Assembly: GCA_047495785.1 (NCBI GenBank)
Contig: JBLDXI010000002.1
Span: 1,550,001-1,614,000 of the forward strand
DNA: 64,000 nucleotides
DNA from: Lepidodermella squamata
Lineage: Eukaryota > Animalia > Gastrotricha
Direction of reading: 5' to 3'
A program made the position numbers and the translations under genes. Shown here piece after piece: positions 37,803-51,300 of this stretch. Every line of letters starts with the position of its first letter. Within the stretch, counting starts at the first letter, position 1. Under the pieces are notes generated by a model, which was not told where the DNA came from, made no database searches, and saw only the letters and a list, made by a program, of their open reading frames with translations.

Positions 37803-40800
37803 ATGGCTGATGTGACCTCACCTGCTGCTGATAATTCATCAACTTCTAACGCTAACCGTTCTACTGTGAACACTAGTGCTACTTCTACTTCAAACACGAC
37901 AACTTCCATAGGCATTGATCCTTCTCATCACGAAGATAGAGCGATCTCAGAAATGACTCCGCTACGTAAGTTTTTAAAGAGTTTTTTCTAAACTTACTTG
38001 GCATTTATTAGATAAAATACTTGACAAAACAATTTTGAATGCTGTAGCAATGTTTATAAATTAGGTATTTTGGCTATAGTTCAACAGCCAGGTGTTTCAC
38101 ATTTGGAAACAGATAAACTTGAGATTTTAAGGGCCATGAACACGTGTTCGAGAGCACACGTGTATTTCTCATAGCAATTTGCAATATTTCTTCTCACGGC
38201 AGTGGCTATAGTAAGACATGCGGCATATTGTTTTTTTTCAAGTTTTCAAGCGATGACTTCGATATTATGATTATCATTTTTCGATCATTTTTCCTAAGAT
38301 TTCGGTCAGAGTTTGCTTGCAATTATGGGGCAGCCTAGTTCAATTTGGTCGACAAATAATTTATAGATATTTCTATAAAATTCGATTGGAAATTAACGAT
38401 TTCCATGGGGCTTACGCTCGCTAAATTATTCGGTAATCCAACTTTTGAAACTTATTTTTCTAATTTTTTGCATTCTCGTAATTAAAAAGCTAGGTTCAAA
38501 TTGAATTATAGGAAGCGCATGGCCACTTGCGCACGTCTTGCGCATGTTAAAAATATTTCGGCCTTTCAGTGGTGGTAGTGATGTTCAGTTTTAGAGACGT
38601 AGCTCAGGCAGAAGTATCGACTGTTCGCATTAGTGTTACGGTCGTGGGTTTGTCGAACCATAACAGGTTTTGACGGAGGCTGAGGGCTCGTTGGCGGCAG
38701 TTTTATGCCTTTTTGACAATTTCTTATTCCAGTAGAGTTAAGAAGGATTTGACAAAGAAGCCCCGATTCAGACAAATTTTGCCTCGGTTTTTCTCTCGAT
38801 TTTTGTTTTATTTTTCCTTTATTTTGTAGGATATCAGCAACTGGACGATAAAACCCGGCAAGAAAATGATGATATGGATGCGGAGCATAACAATTCCTCG
38901 ACATACATTCGCGATCGCGATGCCGAAGAAAACCAGCGGCGGCACGAATCGACGAGCGGCAATCCATGTGCCTGGCTCATCTTATTTTTCGTCAACCTCA
39001 CCGGCATTCTGCGCGATGCCTGTCTCGCCTGCTCGCACCAGGTGCGGGCTGAAATGGTTGCTCTCCGCAAAATCATCACAATCCTATTCTACAAGGCCGT
39101 TTGCCAGTGGGAACGCGCCATGGCGGCGATGAAGGCCGACAACGAGCAGGAAGTGCGGGTCATCCCGCTTAATTTTAACATAAATCACAACAATGCATCT
39201 CTACATACGAGAGATTTCGTTCCTGGTAAGATTTTTCGGACACGGAAAAGAGCCACCTTAATAATTATTATTCCAGGTCATCGTAGGAATTTCCCGTCAA
39301 ATCACGTTACAACCGCAAAGTATTCGATTGTATCCTTTGTACCGCGCTTTCTCTTCGAACAATTTTCGCGATATGCGAACGTGTTCTTCCTAATGATTTC
39401 AATCCTGCAAGTGTCACTGCCCGAGTACAGCCCAACTGGCCAGTGGACAACAGCGGCGCCACTCGCCATCATTCTGTCAATCACAGCGTTGAAGGAAATT
39501 TTCGAAGACTTTAAACGCCACGCCGCTGATTCCAAGGTGAATAATTCCAAGGCGGTTGTGCTGCGAAACGGCTATTGGGAGCGCATTCGCTGGCACGAAC
39601 TGCGGGTTGGTGATATCGTCCGCGTCGAGTCGGAACAATATTTCCCAGCCGATCTTGTCCTGTTGTCAAGTTCCGCCCAGCACGGCATTGCCTATATTGA
39701 AACCGCACAGCTGGATGGCGAGACTAATTTGAAAATGCGTAAGGCCCTGCAGTGTACGTCGGAAATTCGAACCCTGACTGGGCTGGCTAGCATGGTTGGT
39801 CAGGTGGAATGTGCGGCGCCTAATCGCCATTTGTACGATTTTCGCGGCAATATTTCGCTGATGCAATCCGGCTTGGAACGACACGACTCGATGGCATCGG
39901 TGTCGTCCAGAGCTCCGTTGAGCTTGGGACCGGAGCAACTTTTGCTTCGAGGCTCTGCCCTTCGTAACACAAGGTAATTGAGTTGTTTTCACATTTTTAC
40001 TTGATGGAAATTTTAAAATATTCCGTGCGAAAAACCAGTGCTACTACAAGTTTTATTAAGGAGTTTAATCTCTTTATCATAATTTTGCGATGTAGGATCT
40101 TCATTTTCAATTTTTTACAAATTCAAAATTCAGTTTTGCCCTTTCTAAATTTCAGTTCGATAGGTTTTAGTTATACTTTAATTTTTCTTTATTTTTAATT
40201 AAGGTGGATAACCGGCTTGATCGTTTATACTGGTCATGAAACAAAGCTAATGCTGAACTCGACTGCCGCGCCGCTGAAACAGAGCGGCCTTGAAAAAGGC
40301 ACCAATTTCCAGATCGTATTCCTCTGCGTCATTCTAATCGCTGTCGTGTCAATTTGCGCCATTGCTAACCTCGCAACCCGCAAAGACCAAGTCGACACAT
40401 TTTGGTACCTGTCCGACGCGTTGAAACGGCAGAATCTAGGCGGACCCATCGCCCAGGTCCCACTCACTTTTATCACTTTTCTAATTCTATACAACAACTT
40501 GGTCCCTATTTCGCTACTCGTCACGCTCGAAGTCGTTAAATTCGTCCAGGCCTATTTTATTTCATCTGATTTGGAGATGTATGACCCGATTAGCGACACG
40601 CCAGCCGCGGCTAGAACTTCGAACTTGAACGAAGAACTCGGCCAGATTCAATATGTATTCTCGGATAAAACCGGAACGCTGACCCGAAATGTCATGGTTT
40701 TTCGGTCTTGTTCAGTCGCTGGCCAGCTGTACGGCGATCCTGCCTCGGATTCGGCGGAAAAGGCTCGAATCCTGCAAGATGCGAGTCGGCTATACGGCCC

Positions 40801-43800
40801 GGCTGATAAATTTCTGACAGCCGTCAGCCTCTGTCATACAGTTGTACCGGAAAAGGGCGAAAATAACGATGATTTACGTTACATGTCCTCGAGCCCTGAT
40901 GAATTCGCGTTGATATCAGCTGCGAAAACGATTGGCTACACGTTTCTCGAGCGGTACCCTGATTCGGTTGTTTTCACGGTTAACAACGAGCCGAGGCGGT
41001 ATGACCTGCTGCAAGTACTTGAATTCACCTCAGCCAGGCGTCGGATGTCGGTCATTGTGAGGGATAGACGGACGCAGAAAATTTGGCTGTACATCAAGGG
41101 CGCTGATGTGGCGATTCTAGACAAATTGGCGCCGGCTGTTGATAATGCGGAAAGTGCGGACCGCGTCAATACCGAGCACCATTTGGAGCTATTTGCGACT
41201 CGCGGCCTTCGAACGCTATGCATTGCTGAACGCGAAATTTCGGTGATTATCTGCCTTAAATTTCGCTATCTTTTGAAATCTAAATATGTATTTATTTTTA
41301 ATAGGATGCTGAGTATCAACCTTGGGCTCAGGAGTACGTAAAGGCCTTAGCTGATGTGAGTAAAGAACGAGCGAATCGCGTTGCTGCTATTTGCGAGAAA
41401 ATTGAACGCAATCTTCGTCTTCTGGGCGTCACTGCTATTGAGGTGATTTTTCAAATTTCAGAATTTTTATTTACTGTCCCTTTCAAATGAATTTTTATTA
41501 TCCAATTTATTACCATGATTATTTTCTGTTAGTTTGAACTTGACGAAGGCGTGTTATTGCCCATCGATCATCTGTGATTTTACCAAAAAAATGAAATGTT
41601 ACCGTAGAAAACCTGAAAAATCCGTATAGTGAAATTTCTGTATTTTACCTGGTTTGACCGATTTTTCCGGATTTTTACTGGAAACGGCGGATATTTTTCT
41701 GATAATATTTTATTTTATTTTGATTTTCAGGACCGTTTGCAAGATGGAGTGCCGGAAACGATTGCCGCTCTTCTGGCTTGCCACATTCGAGTGTGGGTTC
41801 TGACGGGTGATCGAGCCGAAACGGCGATAAACGTCGCCCATTCTTGCCGGCTATTCCTACCCCCACCCGCTCCAATGCTGACCCTACTCGCCCCCGACCC
41901 AAACGAGAGTGAAATGGAGCAGTGCGATTCGGTTTTCAAAAGCCTGAAAACCCTAGACGAACAACGCGCGGGGTTACTAGCTCGCAATTCCACGTCAACT
42001 ATGATGACTGATGGCAATAGTGGCGGCCCGTCGTACTCGTTCGTTGTCGATGGCGTCGCGCTGAGATACGTGCTGACGAGTGATATGATGAAGGAGCTGT
42101 TTTTGTCCGTTGCTATGCAAGCTCGGTCGGTTATGTGCTGCCGAGTTTCGCCGCTTCAAAAGGCTGAAGTTGTCAACTTGGTGCGGCATGCTGCCCCGCC
42201 GAAGGGCTTCACAGTCCCAACAACCCTGGCAATTGGTGATGGTGCTAATGACGTTTCTATGATCAGGTAAGTGCTCGATTGCTTTCAAATTCGATTTTTA
42301 AGCTAGACCGAAAATATTCATGAAGAGAAGCTCCAAATAATATTTTTTTTAATTATTTTTTGAATATTTTGAATATTTTTGAATATTGGAATTGAAATTG
42401 AAATTTGAAATTTAATTTGAAATTTTTATTTTTTTTAATTCAAAAAATGATTTTTTTTTAATATTTCTGAATTTTAGAGCTGCCCATGTCGGTATCGGTA
42501 TCAGTGGTGTCGAAGGCCTGCAAGCCGTGTGCGCCGCCGACTATGCAATCGCGCAATTCCGGTTCCTGCGCCGGCTTCTCTTCGTCCACGGCACGCTATC
42601 GTACCGCCGTCTCGCCACTCTCGTCTTGTACTCGTTCTACAAAAACGTCTCACTCTACGCTATCAACATGTGGTTCGCCTATTTTTGCGGCTGGTCTGGC
42701 ACGCCGCTGTTCGACCGCTGGCTCATTGCCCTCTACAACGTTTTCTTCACCAGTCTACCGCCTGGTTCTATCGGCGTCATGGACTGGCCTGCCCCGGCTC
42801 ATGAACTACTCCGCCACCCGTCTCGATTCTACCTGGACGGGCAGCATAACCGGCTATTCAACGCCCGGGTTTTCTGGACCTGGATGGCTGATGCGGTCAT
42901 GCATTCCGGGATAGTTTTCGTCGTAACCGCCCTAATGGTTGCCGGGGCGCCGACACCCTTCTTGAGCGACGGCCGAATGGGTGACCACATAACAGCCGGA
43001 AATTTCGCCTACACCGCCGTTTTAATAACAGTCTCACTACGAGCCGCCTTAACAATTAATCAGTGGTATTTTTATACGTTTCTCGGCGTTTTCGCCGGGC
43101 TATTCATATGGTTTGTCATCGCATTGCCGGCGTATTCATTCCTGTACCCGACGTTCAACCTGCCGGATATGTCCGGCCAAGTTTCGGTGCTCTACTCGTC
43201 ACCGGTCTACTGGTTAACAGCGGTTATCATCGCCCCAATGATGGCTCTATCTTTCGATATCGTTTTCACTCTGGCTGGTCGCATGCTAAAGGTAATTGGG
43301 ACCGAATTTTATTGATGAATTATTCAATTATTTACGATTTTTTTTATATTAGACCCCGGACAGCTGGTTGGCCGTTTTTGGTCAGCACAATGAAGCGGCG
43401 TCGGGCGATGATAAAACGACAAGTTGCGGCCAGCTGATGGCTCGATTCTCGCGAAACGGCCGCCGCGCATCAAGTACAGCCGCCCCAGGCGAGGACAGTG
43501 TGATTGAACCGCATGCAGAGATCGGCACGATTTCTACCCTAGGCCCGCATGGGGTGAGGGATTTGGCCTCGTCAATGACCGCCGCGACTTCTGCCTCGGT
43601 CACGTCGCTACCAACTGTGACAACTTCAGCTTCGACGTCAACCCCGGTGAGGAAATCGGCGAATATTAACAAAACATCCCCACCCGGTCATCAGCGGTCT
43701 CATTCGGACGATCTGGCAAGTGCAACTGCGATGGGTTATGCATTTTCTCAGGATGAAACAGGTTTGTAGAAAAAATAAGGTAGAACCGCGAAGAAATCGC

Positions 43801-44240
43801 AATAAATCATGTTTTAATTTTGCGTGATGAAAAAATGTTGCGCCATTATTTTGCTTCTATTTTAGGGTGTTAAATACGATTAATTATCGAAAATTGAATC
43901 CTTTTCGAAAGGTTTATTTCAATAAATTTTAAAATTTCATTTTATTTTTACAATCGAAAAAAATTGTTAATTTGGTCAACTCCCTTTTTTCCTTTTTTTT
44001 ACAATTCAATAAATTTCATTTGCTATTTTTAATCGAATTTTTGTCAAAGTTGAGTATCTTATATTGTTCAATTCTATGTCATTTTTCGCAGGATTCCTCA
44101 CACAAGGCGATTTGGTGCGAATCTGGGGCGCAGCTGACCCGCCACCGGACGAAGCTGTTGGTGAGGCGAGCCCGCAAAGGGCGGCTCGGCAGCTTTCGGC
44201 AACGATGAACCCTTCAGCAAACTGGCCGAATACCGACTGA
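37803..44240 (+). CDS. P4-ATPase phospholipid flippase, ATP8A-like, about 9 exons
   Basis: DGETNLK, LYNNLVPISL, SDKTGTLT, VLTGD, GDGANDVSMI, C-terminal GYAFSQ. Last exon about 44092-44240. Confidence 0.93.
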
Positions 44241-47200
44241 AGCGAAACTCGGGGCGTTGTAATATCCATGATTCTGTTGCTTTTCGAACAAAGCAAAACC
44301 GTAATTTAACGTCGAAATATACTGAAAAAACCGGATGATGACGACCCAGTAGGACCATGCATTATTTATCTTGTTTGGTCGCCTGGTCTCATTTCTTCTT
44401 CTTTCCTCATCGTGTTGTGTCCTCGTACTCGCCATTATTCAATAATAATTATAACAATTGTTGCTCGTTTCTGTTGCTTTTTCCGAGTACTTATACGCAA
44501 AGCTGAATCCGTGCAATGTTTTCGCCTATAAACTATCACCGTTTGTTGATTGGAAAAATCTGTTCGATGCTTGAAAAAAAATCATCCCGGCAACATTTTC
44601 GAGAAAACAATAACTTGTGTAAAAAAATTGACAGAACGAATTTTTCCCTGTAAAACATTGATCAACGCAGCTTCTTGAATTTTACTTCGCAATTTTTTCC
44701 TATTTTTCCGCTCTCCTGTCGGGTGAAATTTATAAAGAGAAAAAATTTCTGATTCTCTAAAAAAATCGTAATTTTTAGTGGTACTATAGGTGAAATATTG
44801 AAGGTTCGTCCTCTTCGTTCTATTTGCGGTGCCTAATGTCGTTTCATGTGATGTTTGTGTTATACTTACATGTGGTTTTAACGATTTATTCAACTGGCGC
44901 AAGGCGATCTATAGTTTTTGTCAGTCTTTTTTCTATCAGAATTTCGTTCTTATATGAATTATAAACAGTTATGATTGATTTTTTTTCTCTGCTTCGCATC
45001 AAACTGTAAAAATTATTGTTACCTGGCGGCTCATGACTTATTCGTGTGTTTAGAGTAATTTGAAAGTTTTTTTCTGTAAATATTAGCCTATAATCATCAA
45101 GAGAAAGACTATTTTCCGAGGCGTTATTTCCATATCTTTTTCTTGAGAAACACTTCTATTATATAATGTTTTGCTTTTTCTGCAGTCAGTTTGCTCGTTT
45201 TTACTGTTATCTGGCGCGCTACGCTGGTAAAAGTGCGTGTCTCCATACATTTAGTGGGGTTAACTTCTCTTCTTTCGTATATTATAGTGCGTTGGAAAAA
45301 CATATGGATAAATATATTATTACATGGATATATTATTTGCGAAAAACTTGCTTGGTTGTTTGAAAAAGTGAAAAAGATGTCATAAAAAATAATAAATTGC
45401 GAAATCGTCAAAACTAATTCAATTGACATATGTTTTTATTGCGGTTATTCTATTATATTATTGCGGTTATATAGAGTTCGAGTTATTAAGTATACCAGAA
45501 AATGTTCGTTTTGCTGCGGGCGCTGTTCCTGAAATCGATTTACAGAATTTTTGACCCAGTCAGGCCTTTCCCCGTCGCCCCCGAATAATATGATCTTAAT
45601 TGCATATATCCCAGACGGAGTCCCTTGTCGCAAAAAAATCGTTTGAATATTTCAGAATGAAATTTAAGAACGCGCACACGTGGTAAAATGGTGAAATATC
45701 GTTTAGTTTTCGATAAATACGACGCACCAATTAGACATATTTTCAGTCTAGTCTGGAATTGAATTCAGCTCGATTGATTTCGTTTTTTTCGAATAAGAAG
45801 CGGAATATGGCGTGGAGAATTCGATTTTATCGATTTTTGACGCAGGGAAATAGCTTGTAACCCAATGCCTGGTCTTTTAAGAGTTTGGCGGACAATATTT
45901 TCTTCGAAAAATGCATTCATAAAACGCAGCCTTAAATAGCCATATTTGCGGTTTTCGAGTTTCTCTTTGATTTTTTTATTCCAGGAAATTTTAAAGTCGC
46001 AGTTGATCTCCCGAGAGAAGTTGATGAGTGCTATATTTTTCGGTGATTTGTCGACTCGGAATTTGCATGAATTAATCAAAGTCTAAACCAATGCAGCAGA
46101 GAAACGAGCTACTCTAGATTTTGTTGCATATTGGCTCTTTTATAAACAATAAGATTCGAGCGCTATTTTAGGAAAAAATGCCATAGACACCCAAAGCGCT
46201 TGCGGCAAAAATGAAAAAAATGGCTCCTTACTTATCATTTAGGTATTGTTTTTTTCGCCTCTTGATATTTACCGCCGATTAAAAAAAGATAACAATATAG
46301 GCCAAAACGGCGCCTATTTTTTTGTCCGAAGCCAGACAACTATAAAACCGAAGCACAGTTCTCGCTGCCAATGTTATTCCTAGGTGCCTCGACGCTTTTT
46401 AATTTTTATCGATATAGATCATAATTGTTGCCACTACCGGTCTGATTATGAGCGCGCTCCAAATCGCACCTTCGAGGTGTCGCGCCGCGTTGCATTTTTT
46501 ATAGCCGGGCGTCATAAAAAACAAACGCGCCTGCTTGCAGGTGTGTTTCGAATTACAGCCACCTTCATAATGTTGCGAATCATAAAACGCTAGTCGAAAA
46601 AAATGATTGCTTTGATCCAAAATATTTCAAGACCGGATTTCCCTCAGGCGCCAAAAAAATGACCCACGCAAAACAGGGACGAAAATTGAGATCGTTCAAC
46701 TTTACTTCATAGCTGGACTGTTTCTAAGTATAGCTTCGGGGAAATAACCCTCGGGGTTTGAATATAAATTGCGAATAATTGAATTTTAAAACTAGATCGT
46801 GTTTTCCCGAAATTTCGCCTGTTTATTGGTACTGGGGACATTACAAATTAGGTAGTTTTTTTATTTATCGACGGCGCACTTAAGCGAAATAAATCATAAG
46901 CCTCGGTTGTTTTCGATTCTTATGGGAGATTAAAGTCTCCCACAACTTCGATTTTTTTGTCTCAATATAGGTATAATAAAAAAGGGTAATCAATCGCCTT
47001 TCATCATGCCCAGCCAGCGTGAAATTTGATCGTGTTTTTTTCTAGAATTCACTTCAATCAGCTTTTAATCTTGAAATTTTAGTGCAGCCTTATGCCCATG
47101 TCGCCCATCTCGAACACACCAGCATTAATTATGCTTAAAAGACTGCGCTCTGAAAATTAATCCATAAACACAGATCGCACGTGGCAAGGTGAGAGAAATC

Positions 47201-48313
47201 GAAAGATTTTCTCTACTACACAGATTTATTGCCAAAATAGCTATTTAACGCTGCTGGTCTGGTAAAATTCCCGCCCTGCAAAGTCTCGCCCACCTTGTTT
47301 TCGTTGCTTATTTCGCGGGAAATCGAGTTTTATTACCGCTAAAATCTTGAGTGCGCAACAAAACTAAATAATTTTTGTAGCAAAATTTGGCGCCCGTCTT
47401 TGTTGGCAATCAAGCCTTTTTATTATATCGAAATCGCATGGCTATATTATTAGTGGGGCCCACATTCGAGGCCAATAATATAGCTACCTGTTTCGCAAAG
47501 TTCATTTCCGCTTTTTTTAACTCAAACACACATGCTTATTCGTGATGTATAATATTATTATAACTAATTATTATAGAAAATCTTCTGTGTTATATCGGTT
47601 TTTGTAATAGAAAATTAGCTGTTTCGATTGTGCGCACGGTGAAGCGAATTGTGTTGGTTTTTGTTATTAGCACAGAGGCGCGAAAACATACACGCCAACG
47701 CACGGCGACCTTTTCGCAGCGCAATACGTGTCGAAATAAATTTTTTCTTTTCCTTTCATCTGTTATTATTGGTAATAATGAAGTTCGAACCCTCCAGTGT
47801 CCTTCGAACGCCTGAAATCCAGGCGAATTTTTGCCCACACCGAATATTCCCGATGATTAATACATGTCAACAGAGAGCATCGTCTTGATGACATGGGATA
47901 ATTTGTTCCATCAGAATAATTTGTAAGTTATTTGCAAAACTAAAATTGAGGTTCCAACTCTAAATTAAAGCGTCCCGGCCTAACTCCACATTCGAAATGA
48001 TGATTCATTTTCGTTCAAAATACGGATCAGAATGATGCACGAGGACGGGCCCTAAAAATAGCTCGGATGAGATTAGGGTAGTTTGAGGAATATGAATATA
48101 TTCATGAGGTGTCTTGAAACTAGTACAGTCTTATATCAATCAGCGCCAAAAAATCAGAGAAAAATGAGCCAAGTTGGGATTAATCCCAAGTATTTTTTCT
48201 TATAATTTTCTTACACATTTTTAGTTTCACATCAGGGAACTCCTAACCGGGCGCAACTTCTGAATTTTTTAGCAATTTTTTTATTTTAATGCATTTTTTT
48301 GTATTAATTTTAG

Positions 48314-51300
48314 ATGCGGCTGGTAAATATTTTAATTGCATCAGTATATCACATTTTTGTATTGAACATAATTATCTCGCAATGCGCGCGAACATCGGCG
48401 TCGAATTCGTCGGCCGAGCATCGCCTGTATCGACATTTGATAAAGCAAAGCGATTACTTGAAGACTATGCGACCTGTTCGCAATCATTCACGGCCTATCC
48501 AGGTCAAACTCGGCATGTGCGTCATGATGCTCGAGGACATTGTCGAACGCGATCAGACGATGATGATGTCTGTATGCATCAAAATGAAGTACGTTGGGCT
48601 TATACTACTTACTCCGGTCTGAATACTTTCATCATTTTACAATGCTAGGAAATGTAATTTTTTTCAGTTAAATTTCAAAAATTGTTGAAAAAATTTGTGT
48701 CTCTCTTTAGGTCAAAATCGATATCATTTCGCTCTCGAAAATTAAACCTCATTGTCAATTTCCGCTAGCATCAAACTACTATGAAATTTCATTTTTCCAG
48801 CTATATTTCTGAAATTATCGAAAAATTCGAAAATTCGCGGAAAAATTGTTCAATGAAGTTCAAGCCGTTTCTAGATTATCAAGCTAAGCTGGGTCGATTG
48901 ATTTCAGCTGATCAAGTCCGTGTCTCTTTCTAGGTCAAACATTACTTTATCATTGAAATTTCAAGCATTTTAATAGCATTGCTAATTTTTGCTATATTCA
49001 ACATTCAAATGTTGATCATGCGACCTATATGCCCATTTTAGAACTCAGGATATAATTTCCTTAAGTAAGGCTGCTATTTCCGCTGCGACCAAATGTGCGC
49101 ATTCCGGTCACATGCGTTCGCGTTGTTTTTTTCATTCTTGACCCAGCAAACGCCAACTCAAAATTCGATACGAAAAAGAAATGATTCGATTTCATTATTT
49201 ATTTAAGGTGGGTCGATGAATTTTTGCGATGGGATCCGCGCAAATTCGACGGCCTGCAATGGATGGCTGTTCCTGTGACTGACATCTGGCAGCCAGATAT
49301 CGCCTTGGTCAACTCAGCCGAACCTTACGCATTGACCCGAAAGCCAGCCCAAGCCGATATAACAGCCGACGGCAGCGTCGGGTATTACCCGGCCGGTCGG
49401 ATGGCGACGAAATGCTCGCTAGATATCACGTACTTCCCTATGGATTACCAACAGTGTGAGGTGCGATTCGAGTCTTGGGTCTATCCACTGCAGGCTATTG
49501 ATATCGAAGAGTGGGATGGCGAGGCGTCTGTCGATATCAAGGATCTTTACACGAATCACTTGTGGACAATCGCCCAATACTACGTGGTTCGAGACGCCAT
49601 CAGATATGATGAGCTGAAATTTGCCCGTCTCAAGTTTGTCTTTGAGGTAAGGAAAAAACAAAAGCCTACAACATAAACACAATTTAATTTAATTTAAATA
49701 ATTTGAAAATTAAAAAAAAATTAAAATTCGAAATGAGATCCCTGGAACATGTTGATTTAATTATTGAATTTGAATTTGAATTTAAATCCCAAATGTTATA
49801 ATTTTTTTTCAGCTGAAAAGAAAGCCGTTGTACTTCTTCATGTACATCATCCTGCCGCTGTTACTGCTATCAGCCCTTCAAACCCTCGGCCACTCGCTGC
49901 CTGTTGAGCACCCTGGTCGAATGGCCATGGTTCGTTGAATTCAAAAAAATTGCAAATTTTTTTACGATTTTTTATTTAGTTAACCGCTCTTTTCATCGGT
50001 TCATCCGTCACCCAGTCGACTATCGCTTCTCATGTGCCAAAAACTTCCGAGGTCGTATCTCTGATCCGTAAGCCTTAAAATAACGAAATAAATTGAAAAA
50101 ATATGAAATTGTTTGAATTTTTAGAAATATACTCAACAATTGTAAATGTGACGCTATTCGTTTCCATGGTGATATCATTCATAATGCTATACACCCTTCT
50201 GCGATTGCCGCCGCGAGAGCCGACGTTCTGGGTGCTCATGGTCAACTTTTTCAGCATAACGTGGTCGACGCGGAGTTGCCGCAAATTGGACCCGACCGCC
50301 GCTGGACCGACGTCGGTGAATGCGAATGGCAATAGCATTCACAGCGATATCAAGTACCGCAATAATTCGTCACTATGGATGGACAGAGCACCTTCAGAGG
50401 CCAATTTACTAGGTAATTTGACATGATGAATTAAAATCAGAATTTTTCAGAATTTTAAGAGGGATAAGAATCTTAATTTTCAATCTTATTGGTGCTTTTC
50501 CTAAATCGCCAAAAACTAGATTGTATTAAGCCGTTTCTTGGGAAAACAAAAAATTCCGTTCCGGCTTCGATTTTAGCTTGGAGACTTTTTAATATCGGAA
50601 AAATCACTGATTTTTAAAATCGATAATTGAAATCGATATTTCTCCGATTTTCTTGCAATTTCGAATAATTGATTGATCGATGATAAAATCGACTCGATTC
50701 GAATCGATATCGGCTCCACAGACTAAAATTTTAAGCTTGAACTCAACCGGCTTGAACTCAATTCGGTACTCTTTGGTTAGGCGCCACACCGATTCTCGTG
50801 TTGTTACGCAGTGGTCCACAGCGAGCGCGCGTGGGCGCACACAGCGGCGCTGTGGTGTTCCTAGTACTCACGCATTTGGCTACGAGAGCCTGCTCCGGAG
50901 TCGGATCGGGCGCACCCGCATTTAGCGTTAACGCGGGCAAGCGCGCGCGGGCGACTAGCATCTGTGATGTGTTGCGCAAGTGGAAGTTGATTGGACTATG
51001 TGCGCGCGCGGTAAGTCTAAATTTTTAAAAACTTCGAGCCGCGCGCACTGTTGTCAAAGGGATATTTTCAAATATTGAGGCGGTTTCGCCACCAAAATAA
51101 AATTCAAAAAATTCTCTATCGATTATATATTGGGCTCTGGTGCATAAAAATTGGACGAAATGACGTTTGTTTCCTCCCGGTTTTGAAGAGCGCGCGCATT
51201 TAATTCGACAATTTTAGAGCCAGCGTTGAAACATTTTCATTTAATTTTTACATACGGGAGCCTATATCTATTCGATAGAGCATTGTCTGAATTTTATTTT

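Noticed and set aside
44300-48300. Short ORFs and small hairpins in the 4-kb spacer
   Set aside because: AT-rich UTR or regulatory DNA; no tRNA, snRNA or miRNA recognised by eye (Infernal would be needed).
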